Positions 7,749 through 15,491 of a DNA stretch of 20,792 nt are shown piece by piece. Position 1 is the first letter of the stretch; every line of letters starts with the position of its first letter. A model generated the notes under the pieces. That model made no database searches and was not told the origin of the DNA. It worked only from the letters and a program-made list of their open reading frames with translations. The translations under genes and the position numbers were made by a program. The stretch lies in contig CAZMGA010000010.1 of assembly GCA_964565725.1 (NCBI GenBank), forward strand, positions 1,733 to 22,524, written 5' to 3'. Source of the DNA: an uncultured archaeon (GTDB lineage Archaea; Iainarchaeota; Iainarchaeia; Iainarchaeales; 0-14-0-20-30-16).

Positions 7749-8498
7749 AATATAGATATATTTGGTGAAAGATTGAAAGAATTAAAATCTAATGTTATTT
7801 TAGAATTAAAAAACATATATAAGACATATAAAATTGGGGATACTGAAATAAAAGCAAATAATGGTATAAATTTAAAAATTTTAGAAGGTGAATTTATATC
7901 TATTATAGGAGCATCAGGTTCAGGAAAATCTACTACATTATCCTTAATAGGTTTATTAGATTATCCTACAAAAGGAGATATATTTTTAGATAATACAAAT
8001 ATAACAAAAAAACCAGAATCTGAAATTGCTAGAATCCGTGGTTCAAAAATAGGTTTTATATTTCAAACATTTAATTTATATCCTTCCCTAACTGTTTATG
8101 AAAATATAACCTTGCCTATGAAAATTCACAATATTTCAGAAAATATAATCAAAAAAAGAGTTCCTGAATTAATAAATGTAGTAGGATTAAATCACAGAAT
8201 AAATCATATTCCTAAAGAATTATCTGGCGGAGAAAGACAAAGAGTAGCAATAGCTAGAGCTTTAGCTACAGATCCAAAAATAATTTTGGCAGATGAACCT
8301 ACTGGTAATTTAGACTCTAAAACAAGTATTGAAATAATAAAGCTTTTAACAAAATTAAATAAAGATAATAACAAAACAATCATATTAGTAACACATGAAT
8401 CTGAAATTGCAAAATATACTAATAGAACTATCGAAATAAAAGATGGTAAAATAATTTACGATGGTTCTACAAAAAAAAGATATGAGGTGAAAAAATGA
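7740..8498 (+). CDS. ABC transporter ATP-binding protein, MacB/LolD/FtsE-like (COG1136)
   Basis: Walker A GASGSGKST, Q-loop FIFQTFNL, signature LSGGERQRVAIARAL, Walker B ILADEPTGNLD, H-loop VTHE. An alternative start is the in-frame TTG at 7773, preceded by GGTGA (7764-7768). Confidence 0.93.
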   Translation: MVSNIDIFGERLKELKSNVILELKNIYKTYKIGDTEIKANNGINLKILEGEFISIIGASGSGKSTTLSLIGLLDYPTKGDIFLDNTNITKKPESEIARIRGSKIGFIFQTFNLYPSLTVYENITLPMKIHNISENIIKKRVPELINVVGLNHRINHIPKELSGGERQRVAIARALATDPKIILADEPTGNLDSKTSIEIIKLLTKLNKDNNKTIILVTHESEIAKYTNRTIEIKDGKIIYDGSTKKRYEVKK

Positions 8499-9778
8499 AA
8501 TTTATTAATAAAAATATACTATTAGGATTATTTGTAATATTGTGTTTAACATTTTCTTTTTGCACAACAACAGATCCAGCACATTTAATAAATATTAATA
8601 GTGTAAATTATTTACCTAACACTATTTATCCTGGGGATGTTGTGAGTTTAGCAATAAATATAGAAGATATTGGTACAATAAATTACATTAAAGATTTAAC
8701 TGTGAGTTATGAATTAGATGATGCTTTTACAAATGTAGAAAATTCATATTTTATAGATGAAATAAAACCAAAAATGCAAAAAACAGCAATATTAAAATTT
8801 AAAGTAAATGAAAATACTATTGCAGGATATTATCCCATATTATTAAATTTTGATTATTATAGAAATGGAAATAAAATAAATGAAACACAAGAATTAACAA
8901 TTCCAATAACAAAAACATCTAAAAATATATTATTAACAGTAAGCCCTAAAAAAATAAATCCAGGAAAAGAATCAGAATTACAATTAACTTTAACTAATTC
9001 AAATAATTCAACAATCTCAAATATTGAAGTTTCATGGTATGAAGAAAATAATTTGATTTTACCTTTAGGTTCTGATAATATAAAATCTATTAAAAGTATA
9101 GAAGGAAATACTTTTGAAACTGTTTATTATAATGTAGCTACAGACCCGAATTTAAGTCCAGGAATATACACCTTAAAAACAACAATTAAATTTAATGATT
9201 CTAATGGTATAAAAACACAAACATCTAATATAGGAATAATAATTGGTGGAGAAACTGATTTTGATGTTAGTGTGGAATATGAAGGCAACAACGAATATTC
9301 CTTTAGTATTGCAAATATAGGAACAAACGATGCAGAATCTACTTTAATAGAAATTCCTGAACAAACTGGAATAAAAACTATAGGTACAAATCAAGCAATA
9401 TTGGGAGGCATAGATAGAGGAGATTACACTATGGCTACTTTTACCATAATAAACTCTAATATGACTATGCAAAAAATAGATCCTAACAATATATCAAAAG
9501 ACGAAAATTTTAGAAAACTTGAAAATAAAAATAACGATTTAAATATAATTTTATATTATACAGATACAACAGGAAAAAGACAAACAATAACTAAAACTGT
9601 AAATTTAAATAACAATACATTAACATCTAATACAAACTTAAAACCTCAAAAAAATAATAATAATTGGTTATTTGTGATTATAGGCATAATAATAATTATT
9701 TTTACAAGTGTAATTTTTACAAAAAGAGAATATATTAAAACATTAATAATTAAATTTAAAAAAAGAGGATTTAAATGA
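8495..9778 (+). CDS. Bitopic extracytoplasmic protein with three CARDB/COG1361-like beta-sandwich units, an N-terminal signal/anchor and a C-terminal TM anchor
   Basis: ATGA overlap with the ATPase stop (8495-8498), and GAGGTGA (8484-8490) 4 nt upstream. The N-terminus is hydrophobic (ILLGLFVILCLTFSF). Three units of about 100 aa follow (YPGDVVSLAINIEDIG...; INPGKESELQLTLTNSNNSTISNIEVSW...; EYSFSIANIGTNDAESTLIEIP...). The C-terminus is WLFVIIGIIIIIFTSVIFT plus a KR-rich tail. The family call rests on motif pattern only. Confidence 0.8.
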   Translation: MKFINKNILLGLFVILCLTFSFCTTTDPAHLININSVNYLPNTIYPGDVVSLAINIEDIGTINYIKDLTVSYELDDAFTNVENSYFIDEIKPKMQKTAILKFKVNENTIAGYYPILLNFDYYRNGNKINETQELTIPITKTSKNILLTVSPKKINPGKESELQLTLTNSNNSTISNIEVSWYEENNLILPLGSDNIKSIKSIEGNTFETVYYNVATDPNLSPGIYTLKTTIKFNDSNGIKTQTSNIGIIIGGETDFDVSVEYEGNNEYSFSIANIGTNDAESTLIEIPEQTGIKTIGTNQAILGGIDRGDYTMATFTIINSNMTMQKIDPNNISKDENFRKLENKNNDLNIILYYTDTTGKRQTITKTVNLNNNTLTSNTNLKPQKNNNNWLFVIIGIIIIIFTSVIFTKREYIKTLIIKFKKRGFK

Positions 9779-11019
9779 AACTTTTAGATACTTTCAAATT
9801 ATCAATTAATAGTATTTTAAATAGAAAATTAAGATCTTGGTTAACTCTATTAGGAATAATAATTGGTGTTGCGGCAGTAGTATCTATAGTTTCAATAAGT
9901 CAAGGTGCACAAGAAAGCATTGAAGATCAAATGAATAGTTTTGGTGCAGATTTAATAACAATTAATCCTGGTTATTCTAGAAGTATGAATTTTAGCATGG
10001 GCCCACCAGGAATGAATAATACAAATAACAAAACTACCAATAATGAAGATCCTGTTTTAACAAAAAAAGATTTAACAAAAATAATTGGAAATTCAAATAT
10101 TATTATTGCAAGTCCAATAGTATCTGAAAGATTAGAGTTATATTATGGGTCTGAAAAAATAAATATTAATTTAACAGGTATTGATCCATTAGCATCTAAA
10201 GATATATTTGATATTATTTTAAGTTCTGGAAGACTACTAACAACAAGTGATACTTCGGCAATAATAATTTCTTATGATTTAGCAAATTCAACCTTTGATA
10301 GACTAATTACAATAGGCAAAAAATTAACAATTGGTTCTGAAAATTTTATAGTTGTAGGAATATTAGAAAATAATGAAACAAGAAATACTGTTTATATGAA
10401 TTACAAAACAGCTTGGTCTATAACAGAAGATACAGAAAAAGGAAATTTTACTTCAATTAAAGCAAAAGTTGATGACTTAAATAATATTGAAAATACTATA
10501 GAAAATATTACAAAAACATTAGCAATATCTCGAAGAGTTTATGGAAAAGATTATGACTTTTCAATTAGTTCTCCATCAAGTATGAAAGAAAGATTAGAAG
10601 AAATGACAAATACTATGACTTTATTTTTAGGGGGTATAGCAATTATATCTTTATTGGTAGGCGCAATAGGCGTTGCTAATTCCATGTTCACATCCGTATT
10701 AGAAAAAACAAAAGAAATAGGAATTTTAAAATCTTTAGGAGCTACAAATAAAGAAGTATTAATTTTATTTTTAATAGAATCCGGATTATTTGGGTTAATT
10801 GGAGGAATATTAGGCGTATTATTAGGAGCATTAGTTTCTTTAGGATTTTCAGGAATTGGAATTAGAATGATTATGAATGGAAACACTTCTGCACAAATAT
10901 CTCCAGAAATAGTAATTATAGCTATATTAATTTCGACAATAATAGGAATAATTTCGGGTTTAATACCAGCAATTAAAGCCTCAAAATTACGACCTATAGA
11001 AGCATTAAGATATGAGTAA
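9775..11019 (+). CDS. ABC transporter permease, MacB/FtsX family (COG0577)
   Basis: ATGA overlap with the upstream stop (9775-9778), and GAGGA (9764-9768) upstream. TM1 WLTLLGIIIGVAAVVSIVSI is followed by an extracytoplasmic domain of about 240 aa. The FtsX-type C-terminal bundle then follows (LFLGGIAIISLLVGAIGVANSM..., GILKSLGATNKEVLILFLIESGLFGLIGGILGVLLG..., PAIKASKLRPIEALRYE). Confidence 0.9.
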   Translation: MKLLDTFKLSINSILNRKLRSWLTLLGIIIGVAAVVSIVSISQGAQESIEDQMNSFGADLITINPGYSRSMNFSMGPPGMNNTNNKTTNNEDPVLTKKDLTKIIGNSNIIIASPIVSERLELYYGSEKININLTGIDPLASKDIFDIILSSGRLLTTSDTSAIIISYDLANSTFDRLITIGKKLTIGSENFIVVGILENNETRNTVYMNYKTAWSITEDTEKGNFTSIKAKVDDLNNIENTIENITKTLAISRRVYGKDYDFSISSPSSMKERLEEMTNTMTLFLGGIAIISLLVGAIGVANSMFTSVLEKTKEIGILKSLGATNKEVLILFLIESGLFGLIGGILGVLLGALVSLGFSGIGIRMIMNGNTSAQISPEIVIIAILISTIIGIISGLIPAIKASKLRPIEALRYE

Positions 11020-12198
11020 TTAAATTATATCTTTTATTTCTTTTACTATTTGTAATTCTTCATTTGTAGGAATTACTAATCCTATAATTTTAGAATTTTC
11101 ATTTGTTAAAAATGTTTTATTTGCTTCATTATTTTCATCATTCAAATCTAATCCTAAATATCTAAAATGTTCTAAAACTAATTTTCTTAAATAAGGTGAA
11201 TTTTCTCCTATCCCACCAGTAAAAACTATAGCATCAACACCTTGCATTTCTGCGATGTATGAACCTATAATTTTAACAATTCTATTTACTAAAATATTAT
11301 TTGCTAATAATGCTATTTCATCTCCTTCTTTAGATTTAGTTTCAATAACATAATGATTAGAGCTTATATTACTTATACCCAATAATCCTGATTTTTTATT
11401 TAATGCATTTTTAATATCTTCTTTTGTTAATCCTTGTTCCAATAAAAATAATATTATTTCAGGATCAAAACTTCCGGATCTTGTCCCCATAGGCAAACCT
11501 TCTAAAGGAGTAAAACCCATTGAAGTATCATAACTTTTTGCATCCTTTATTGCAGTAATACTTTGACCATTACCTAAATGGCAAGTAATTATTTTTAAAT
11601 CTCTTAAATTTTTATTTAAAATATTTGCACATTGATTTGCAACATATTTATGACTTATTCCGTGAAACCCATATTTTCTAATTTTATATTTTTCATAAAA
11701 TTCATAAGGTAAACCATAAAGATAAATTTCTTTTGGCATAGTACTATGAAAAGCAGTATCAAATACAGAAAATTCTTTAACATTAGGTAATTTTTCTAAA
11801 AATATATTTATACATTGTAAATTTATTGGATTATGTAATGGAGCTAAGAAACTCATTTGTTCTAAAGTTTCTAAAACATCATTATTTATTTCAATAGTTT
11901 TATTATATTTTTCTCCACCATGTACAACTCTATGACCTATATATTTTATATCATCTAAAGAATTTAATAAATTTTTTTTTATTATTAAATTTAAAAAGTC
12001 ATCTATTGCTTCTTTATGCGTATTAAAATTTAAAATTACTTTTTCTTTAACATCATTAATTATTATTGCTCGATTAGCATTAGGTGCATTTAATAAACAA
12101 CTATAATTTGCACTTACAATACATTTTTCACTTTCAAATTCAAAAACTTGTGCCTTTAAGGAACTACTACCGGCATTAATTACTAATATATAATTCAT
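11020..12198 (-). CDS. ackA: Acetate kinase
   Basis: ILVINAGSSSLKAQVF, GHRVVHGG, VFDTAFHSTMP, YGFHGISHKYV, CHLGNGQS, DTSMGFTPLEGLPMGTRSGSFDP, FTGGIGENS. The ORF-track start 12207 is a GTG inside GGTGA (12204-12208). ATG 12198 (MNYILV...), 5 nt downstream of that motif, is preferred. Confidence 0.92.
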   Translation of the reverse strand: MNYILVINAGSSSLKAQVFEFESEKCIVSANYSCLLNAPNANRAIIINDVKEKVILNFNTHKEAIDDFLNLIIKKNLLNSLDDIKYIGHRVVHGGEKYNKTIEINNDVLETLEQMSFLAPLHNPINLQCINIFLEKLPNVKEFSVFDTAFHSTMPKEIYLYGLPYEFYEKYKIRKYGFHGISHKYVANQCANILNKNLRDLKIITCHLGNGQSITAIKDAKSYDTSMGFTPLEGLPMGTRSGSFDPEIILFLLEQGLTKEDIKNALNKKSGLLGISNISSNHYVIETKSKEGDEIALLANNILVNRIVKIIGSYIAEMQGVDAIVFTGGIGENSPYLRKLVLEHFRYLGLDLNDENNEANKTFLTNENSKIIGLVIPTNEELQIVKEIKDII

Positions 12199-12244
12199 GT
12201 TATTCACCTTTAAAAAATAGATAACTAATTTATAGTCAATATAT

Positions 12245-12865
12245 TTAAATATCCTTTTTAATATTGTTTAAATCTTTATTTTTGCCAATTAAATACAAAT
12301 TTCTCAAAAAGTCAAAACATCTTAATATTAATTCAAAAAATATAATAAATAAAAAGTAATAAAATATTAAATTCCAATATGATAATAATTTATAAAATAT
12401 ATCTAAAGAATAACTTAATGGATTAAAATTCATACTTATTAAAAAAATAGCTAATAAAGAAAACGGCAATAGTTTAGCAATTTCTTTAGATAAATCTTCA
12501 GAAAAATAAGATATGATTCTAATTGTTGCAATTAAAGACATTGAAATTAATAAAATATATTCTATGTTTAATTCTGAAAAGAATACTAAAAAAGAACCAA
12601 AAACAAGGAACCACAAAAAAACAAATAATGGAAATAAAATTAAATATTTTAAAATGTAAATTAAGATTGCAAAAAACAATTTTAATAACTTATGTTCAGA
12701 TAAATTATATTTATCTAAATCAAAATTAAAAATATCTTTCCTACCAATAAATTTATAGAATTTAAATATAAAAACAGAATATAAAATTAATCCTAAAACA
12801 AAAAAAACCATTGGTTTTAAAGTATAAATAAAATCATTAAAAATTAAAGTATTTAAATTAAGCAT
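12245..12865 (-). CDS. Hypothetical polytopic membrane protein (about 5-6 predicted TM helices)
   Basis: 206-aa ORF that is strongly hydrophobic throughout (e.g. MVFFVLGLILYSVFIF, LFPLFVFLWFLVFGSFLVFF, LLPFSLLAIFLISM, LIFYYFLFIIFFELIL). A TATA-like run lies 18-30 nt upstream of the ATG. No family recognised. Confidence 0.6.
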   Translation of the reverse strand: MLNLNTLIFNDFIYTLKPMVFFVLGLILYSVFIFKFYKFIGRKDIFNFDLDKYNLSEHKLLKLFFAILIYILKYLILFPLFVFLWFLVFGSFLVFFSELNIEYILLISMSLIATIRIISYFSEDLSKEIAKLLPFSLLAIFLISMNFNPLSYSLDIFYKLLSYWNLIFYYFLFIIFFELILRCFDFLRNLYLIGKNKDLNNIKKDI

Positions 12866-12909
12866 ATAAATACAAAATACACAAAATATATAAAATAATA
12901 ACTAAAATA

Positions 12910-12981
12910 TGCCCCTGCCGGGAATTGAACCCAGGTCATTAGAGTGAGAGTCTAATATGATAACCACTACACTACAGGGAC
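12910..12981 (-). tRNA. tRNA-Glu (anticodon CUC), no intron, CCA not encoded
   Basis: The reverse complement folds by hand as GTCCCTG TA GTGT AGTGGTTA TCAT A TTAGA CTCTCAC TCTAA TGAC CTGGG TTCAATT CCCGG CAGGGGC A. That gives a 7-bp acceptor stem (one G-U), a 5-bp anticodon stem, a 5-bp T stem and a T-loop TTCAATT. Anticodon-loop positions 34-36 are CTC, and the discriminator is A. Confidence 0.9.
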
Positions 12982-13024
12982 TAAATATATAATTATGAAT
13001 AATTAGATTTATAAAAAGATTATT

Positions 13025-13620
13025 TTAAACTAATTGTTTTTGACAATTTACTAATAAGAATTTTTGCTTATTATGATCTAAATTTATGATTATATCTAAT
13101 ATTTTAAATCTTTTAAAAAAATACTTTGTAAAATAATCTTTTTCAACTGAATTTGGTTCAAATAAAAATATATTTTCTTTCAACCTAAATTTATGGTATT
13201 TGGAATTAATTCTTGTAACTAAAGGCACTAAAAAAACAAATTGTCCATTGTTTTTTAATAATCTAAAAACCTCTTTAAATATTTTATTTTTGTTAGGAAT
13301 ATATTGAATAGCATATCTTGAATAAATAATATCAAAAAAATTATCTTTAAAATGAGTATTAATTATATTTTTCACAAAATATCTTATCTTAGAATTATTA
13401 CATTTTGCAATATTAATTAAATTTTTAGAAATATCTACACCATATACTTTTAATCCTTTATTAAAAAAGAATTCACAATCCAAACCAAATCCAATATTTT
13501 TATATTTGACAAAAAATTAATTTTTGAATATAATAATGAACGAGTAACACTTTTAGAGGAATTTTTATTTGAGTAATAAAAATTAGCTATTGTATCATAT
13601 TGTTTAAAATCTAATTGCAT
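13025..13620 (-). pseudogene. Class I SAM-dependent methyltransferase (Methyltransf_11-like) interrupted by a frameshift at a T6 run
   Basis: The upstream frame (ATG 13620 to stop 13450-13452) gives MQLDFKQYDTIANFYYSNKNSSKSVTRSLLYSKINFLSNIK.... The downstream frame (to 13025) gives ...VKYKNIGFGLDCEFFFNKGLKVYGVDIS...FDIIYSRYAIQYI...LLKNNGQFVFLVP, i.e. motifs I, post-I, II and III. The frames join if the T6 run on the coding strand (13511-13516) were T7, or by a -1 slip on AAT TTT TTG. Confidence 0.7.
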
Positions 13621-13780
13621 AAAGAAATACGATAATTAAATTTATAAAATAATCACTAATAAAAGTAAAAATACAAAAAAAGAAGAAGATTAAAATTTTA
13701 CTTCAATTATAAAATATACTTAGCCTCAAAATAGCACATGAATATGAGACTTTTGAGATTATTGGTTTTTGTTGTTGAAC

Positions 13781-14089
13781 TTATTTAAGTTCAATCTCAA
13801 CATAAACTTTGTCAGGCATTTCTAATTGCATTATTTTTTTTAGAATTAATTCATTAGCATGTATATCTAACATTCTTTTATGCACTCTCATTTGCCATCT
13901 TTCATAAGTTTCAGTTCCACCACCATTAGGTGCTTTTCTTGTAGGAACTATCATTTTTTTAGTAGGCAAATAAATTATACCAGTATGTTTTATACCAGCT
14001 GTTTCAGCAATTTTTAGAACATTAGTACTTATTTTTTCTAATAAATTAATATCAGGACTACTTAATTTAATTCTAGCATAGGAAGTCAT
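13781..14089 (-). CDS. rps10: 30S ribosomal protein S10 (uS10)
   Basis: ARIKLSSPDINLLEKI...TRKAPNGGGTETYERWQMRVHKRMLDIHAN is typical uS10. GGTGAT (14094-14099) lies 4 nt upstream of ATG 14089 (MTSYARIKL). The ORF-track start at 14119 adds a hydrophobic and probably spurious extension. Confidence 0.92.
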   Translation of the reverse strand: MTSYARIKLSSPDINLLEKISTNVLKIAETAGIKHTGIIYLPTKKMIVPTRKAPNGGGTETYERWQMRVHKRMLDIHANELILKKIMQLEMPDKVYVEIELK

Positions 14090-14124
14090 CAGAATCACCA
14101 AAAAAATAAAAATTAACAAGGTAT

Positions 14125-15393
14125 TTATACCTTGTCAGTTATTTGTATAATTACTCCTGCAGCAACTGTTTTACCCATATCTCTAATAGCAAATCTACCT
14201 AAAGGAGGGTATTCTTTATAACTTTCAACACACATTGGTTTTAATGGTTTTATTTTAACTATTGCAGCATCTCCAGCTTTTAAGAATTTAGGATTTTCTT
14301 CTAAAACACCACCAGTTCTAGGATCCAATTTTTTAACTAATTCTATAATTGTACAAGATTGTTGCAAAGTATGTATGTGGAATACAGGTGTATAACCAGC
14401 AGCAATTGCTGTTGGGTGTTGTAATACAACAATTTGAGCTAAAAATTCTTTAGCAACTGTTGGAGGATTACTTGCTAAACCAACAACATCACCTTTAGTT
14501 AAATCATCTTTAGTCCAACCTCTTACACTAAAACCAACATTATCTCCAGGTAATGCTTGAGGTAATTGAGTGTGATGAGATTCAACACTTTTTACTTCAC
14601 CAGTTTTTCCTGAAGGCATTACAATTACTTTATCATTTGGTTTCATAATTCCTGCTTCAACTCTTCCAACAGGTACTAATCCAATACCTTTTATGTTATA
14701 AACATCTTCAACAGGTAATCTTAATGGTTTATCTGTAGGTAATTTAGGTGGATCTATATCATCTAAAATTTCTAATAATGTTTTTCCTTTATACCAAGGT
14801 AATTTATCAGATTTTTTTGCAATATTATCTCCCATCCATGCTGAGAAAGGCATAGGGATTAATTGTTCTTCTTTAAATCCTGAACCAGTTAATAATTTTT
14901 TAGCAGCTAAAACAATTTCATTATATTTTGCTTCATCATAATTTACTGCATCCATTTTATTTACACCAATAATTAATTTTTTTATACCCATTACTTGTGC
15001 AATAAATGCGTGTTCTTTTGTTTGTGGCATTATACCATCAGTAGCAGCAATTACTAATACAGCAGCATCAGCTTGTGCTGTTCCTTTTATCATGTTTTTA
15101 ATAAAATCACTGTGGCCAGGAGCATCAATAACAGTTATACTTTTGTGAGCAGTTTCTAATTTTTTATAATTAATATCTATAGTTACTCCTCTTTCTCTTT
15201 CTTCTTTTAAGTTATCCATCATGTAAGCAAATGCAAATGAACCTTTACCTCTTGCTTCTGCTTCTTCTTTTAATTTTCTATATTCAGTTTCAGGTAATGC
15301 ACCAGAATCGTACATTAATCTTCCAACAGTAGTTGATTTTCCATTATCTACATGTCCTATGAATACTATATTATAGTGACCTTTTTCAGCCAT
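14125..15393 (-). CDS. tuf: Translation elongation factor aEF-1alpha
   Basis: [14 protein letters not shown] (G1), DAPGH (G3), NKMD (G4), full length 422 aa. GGAGGG (15400-15405) lies 6 nt upstream of the ATG. Confidence 0.97.
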   Translation of the reverse strand: MAEKGHYNIVFIGHVDNGKSTTVGRLMYDSGALPETEYRKLKEEAEARGKGSFAFAYMMDNLKEERERGVTIDINYKKLETAHKSITVIDAPGHSDFIKNMIKGTAQADAAVLVIAATDGIMPQTKEHAFIAQVMGIKKLIIGVNKMDAVNYDEAKYNEIVLAAKKLLTGSGFKEEQLIPMPFSAWMGDNIAKKSDKLPWYKGKTLLEILDDIDPPKLPTDKPLRLPVEDVYNIKGIGLVPVGRVEAGIMKPNDKVIVMPSGKTGEVKSVESHHTQLPQALPGDNVGFSVRGWTKDDLTKGDVVGLASNPPTVAKEFLAQIVVLQHPTAIAAGYTPVFHIHTLQQSCTIIELVKKLDPRTGGVLEENPKFLKAGDAAIVKIKPLKPMCVESYKEYPPLGRFAIRDMGKTVAAGVIIQITDKV

Positions 15394-15491
15394 TTATATC
15401 CCTCCAAATAAAAAAATTGAATATTTTAAAAAAAATTCTTATATATTATTATATGATAAGCTTTTTAAAAGCCTATGCATATAATTTAAAT

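Noticed and set aside
7645-7749. 35-codon N-terminal extension of the wHTH ORF (track start 7749)
   Set aside because: The extension translates the A/T direct-repeat and palindrome array, would overlap the divergent ATPase start, and adds a poly-F/K segment. ATG 7644 gives a clean N-terminal TM helix. I cannot exclude the longer form without proteomic data.
8495-8575. Possible lipoprotein lipobox in the beta-sandwich protein (…LTFSFC…)
   Set aside because: A Cys follows the hydrophobic segment, but the preceding residues (F-S-F) do not fit the L-[AS]-[GA]-C lipobox, so the support is too weak.
9990-10060. Asn/Thr-rich low-complexity stretch (NNTNNKTTNNED) in the permease external domain, and a similar N-run near 9640-9670
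   Set aside because: It is explained by AAT/AAC codon enrichment in an AT-rich genome. There is no nucleotide-level tandem repeat.
10551-10886. 111-aa minus-strand ORF inside the permease gene
   Set aside because: It is antisense to the conserved FtsX transmembrane bundle, and its P/N/I-rich translation is non-protein-like.
12523-12729. 68-aa plus-strand ORF inside the membrane-protein gene
   Set aside because: It is antisense to a hydrophobic polytopic ORF, and its K-rich translation is the mirror image of F-rich TM segments.
12982-13024. Palindromic TTTATAAA (13008-13015) as the tRNA-Glu promoter TATA box
   Set aside because: It is plausible, being about 30 nt upstream of the tRNA 5' end. 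However, such 8-mers are frequent in this A/T-rich DNA, and the spacing is slightly long for the usual -26/-27 position, so I did not list it as a feature.
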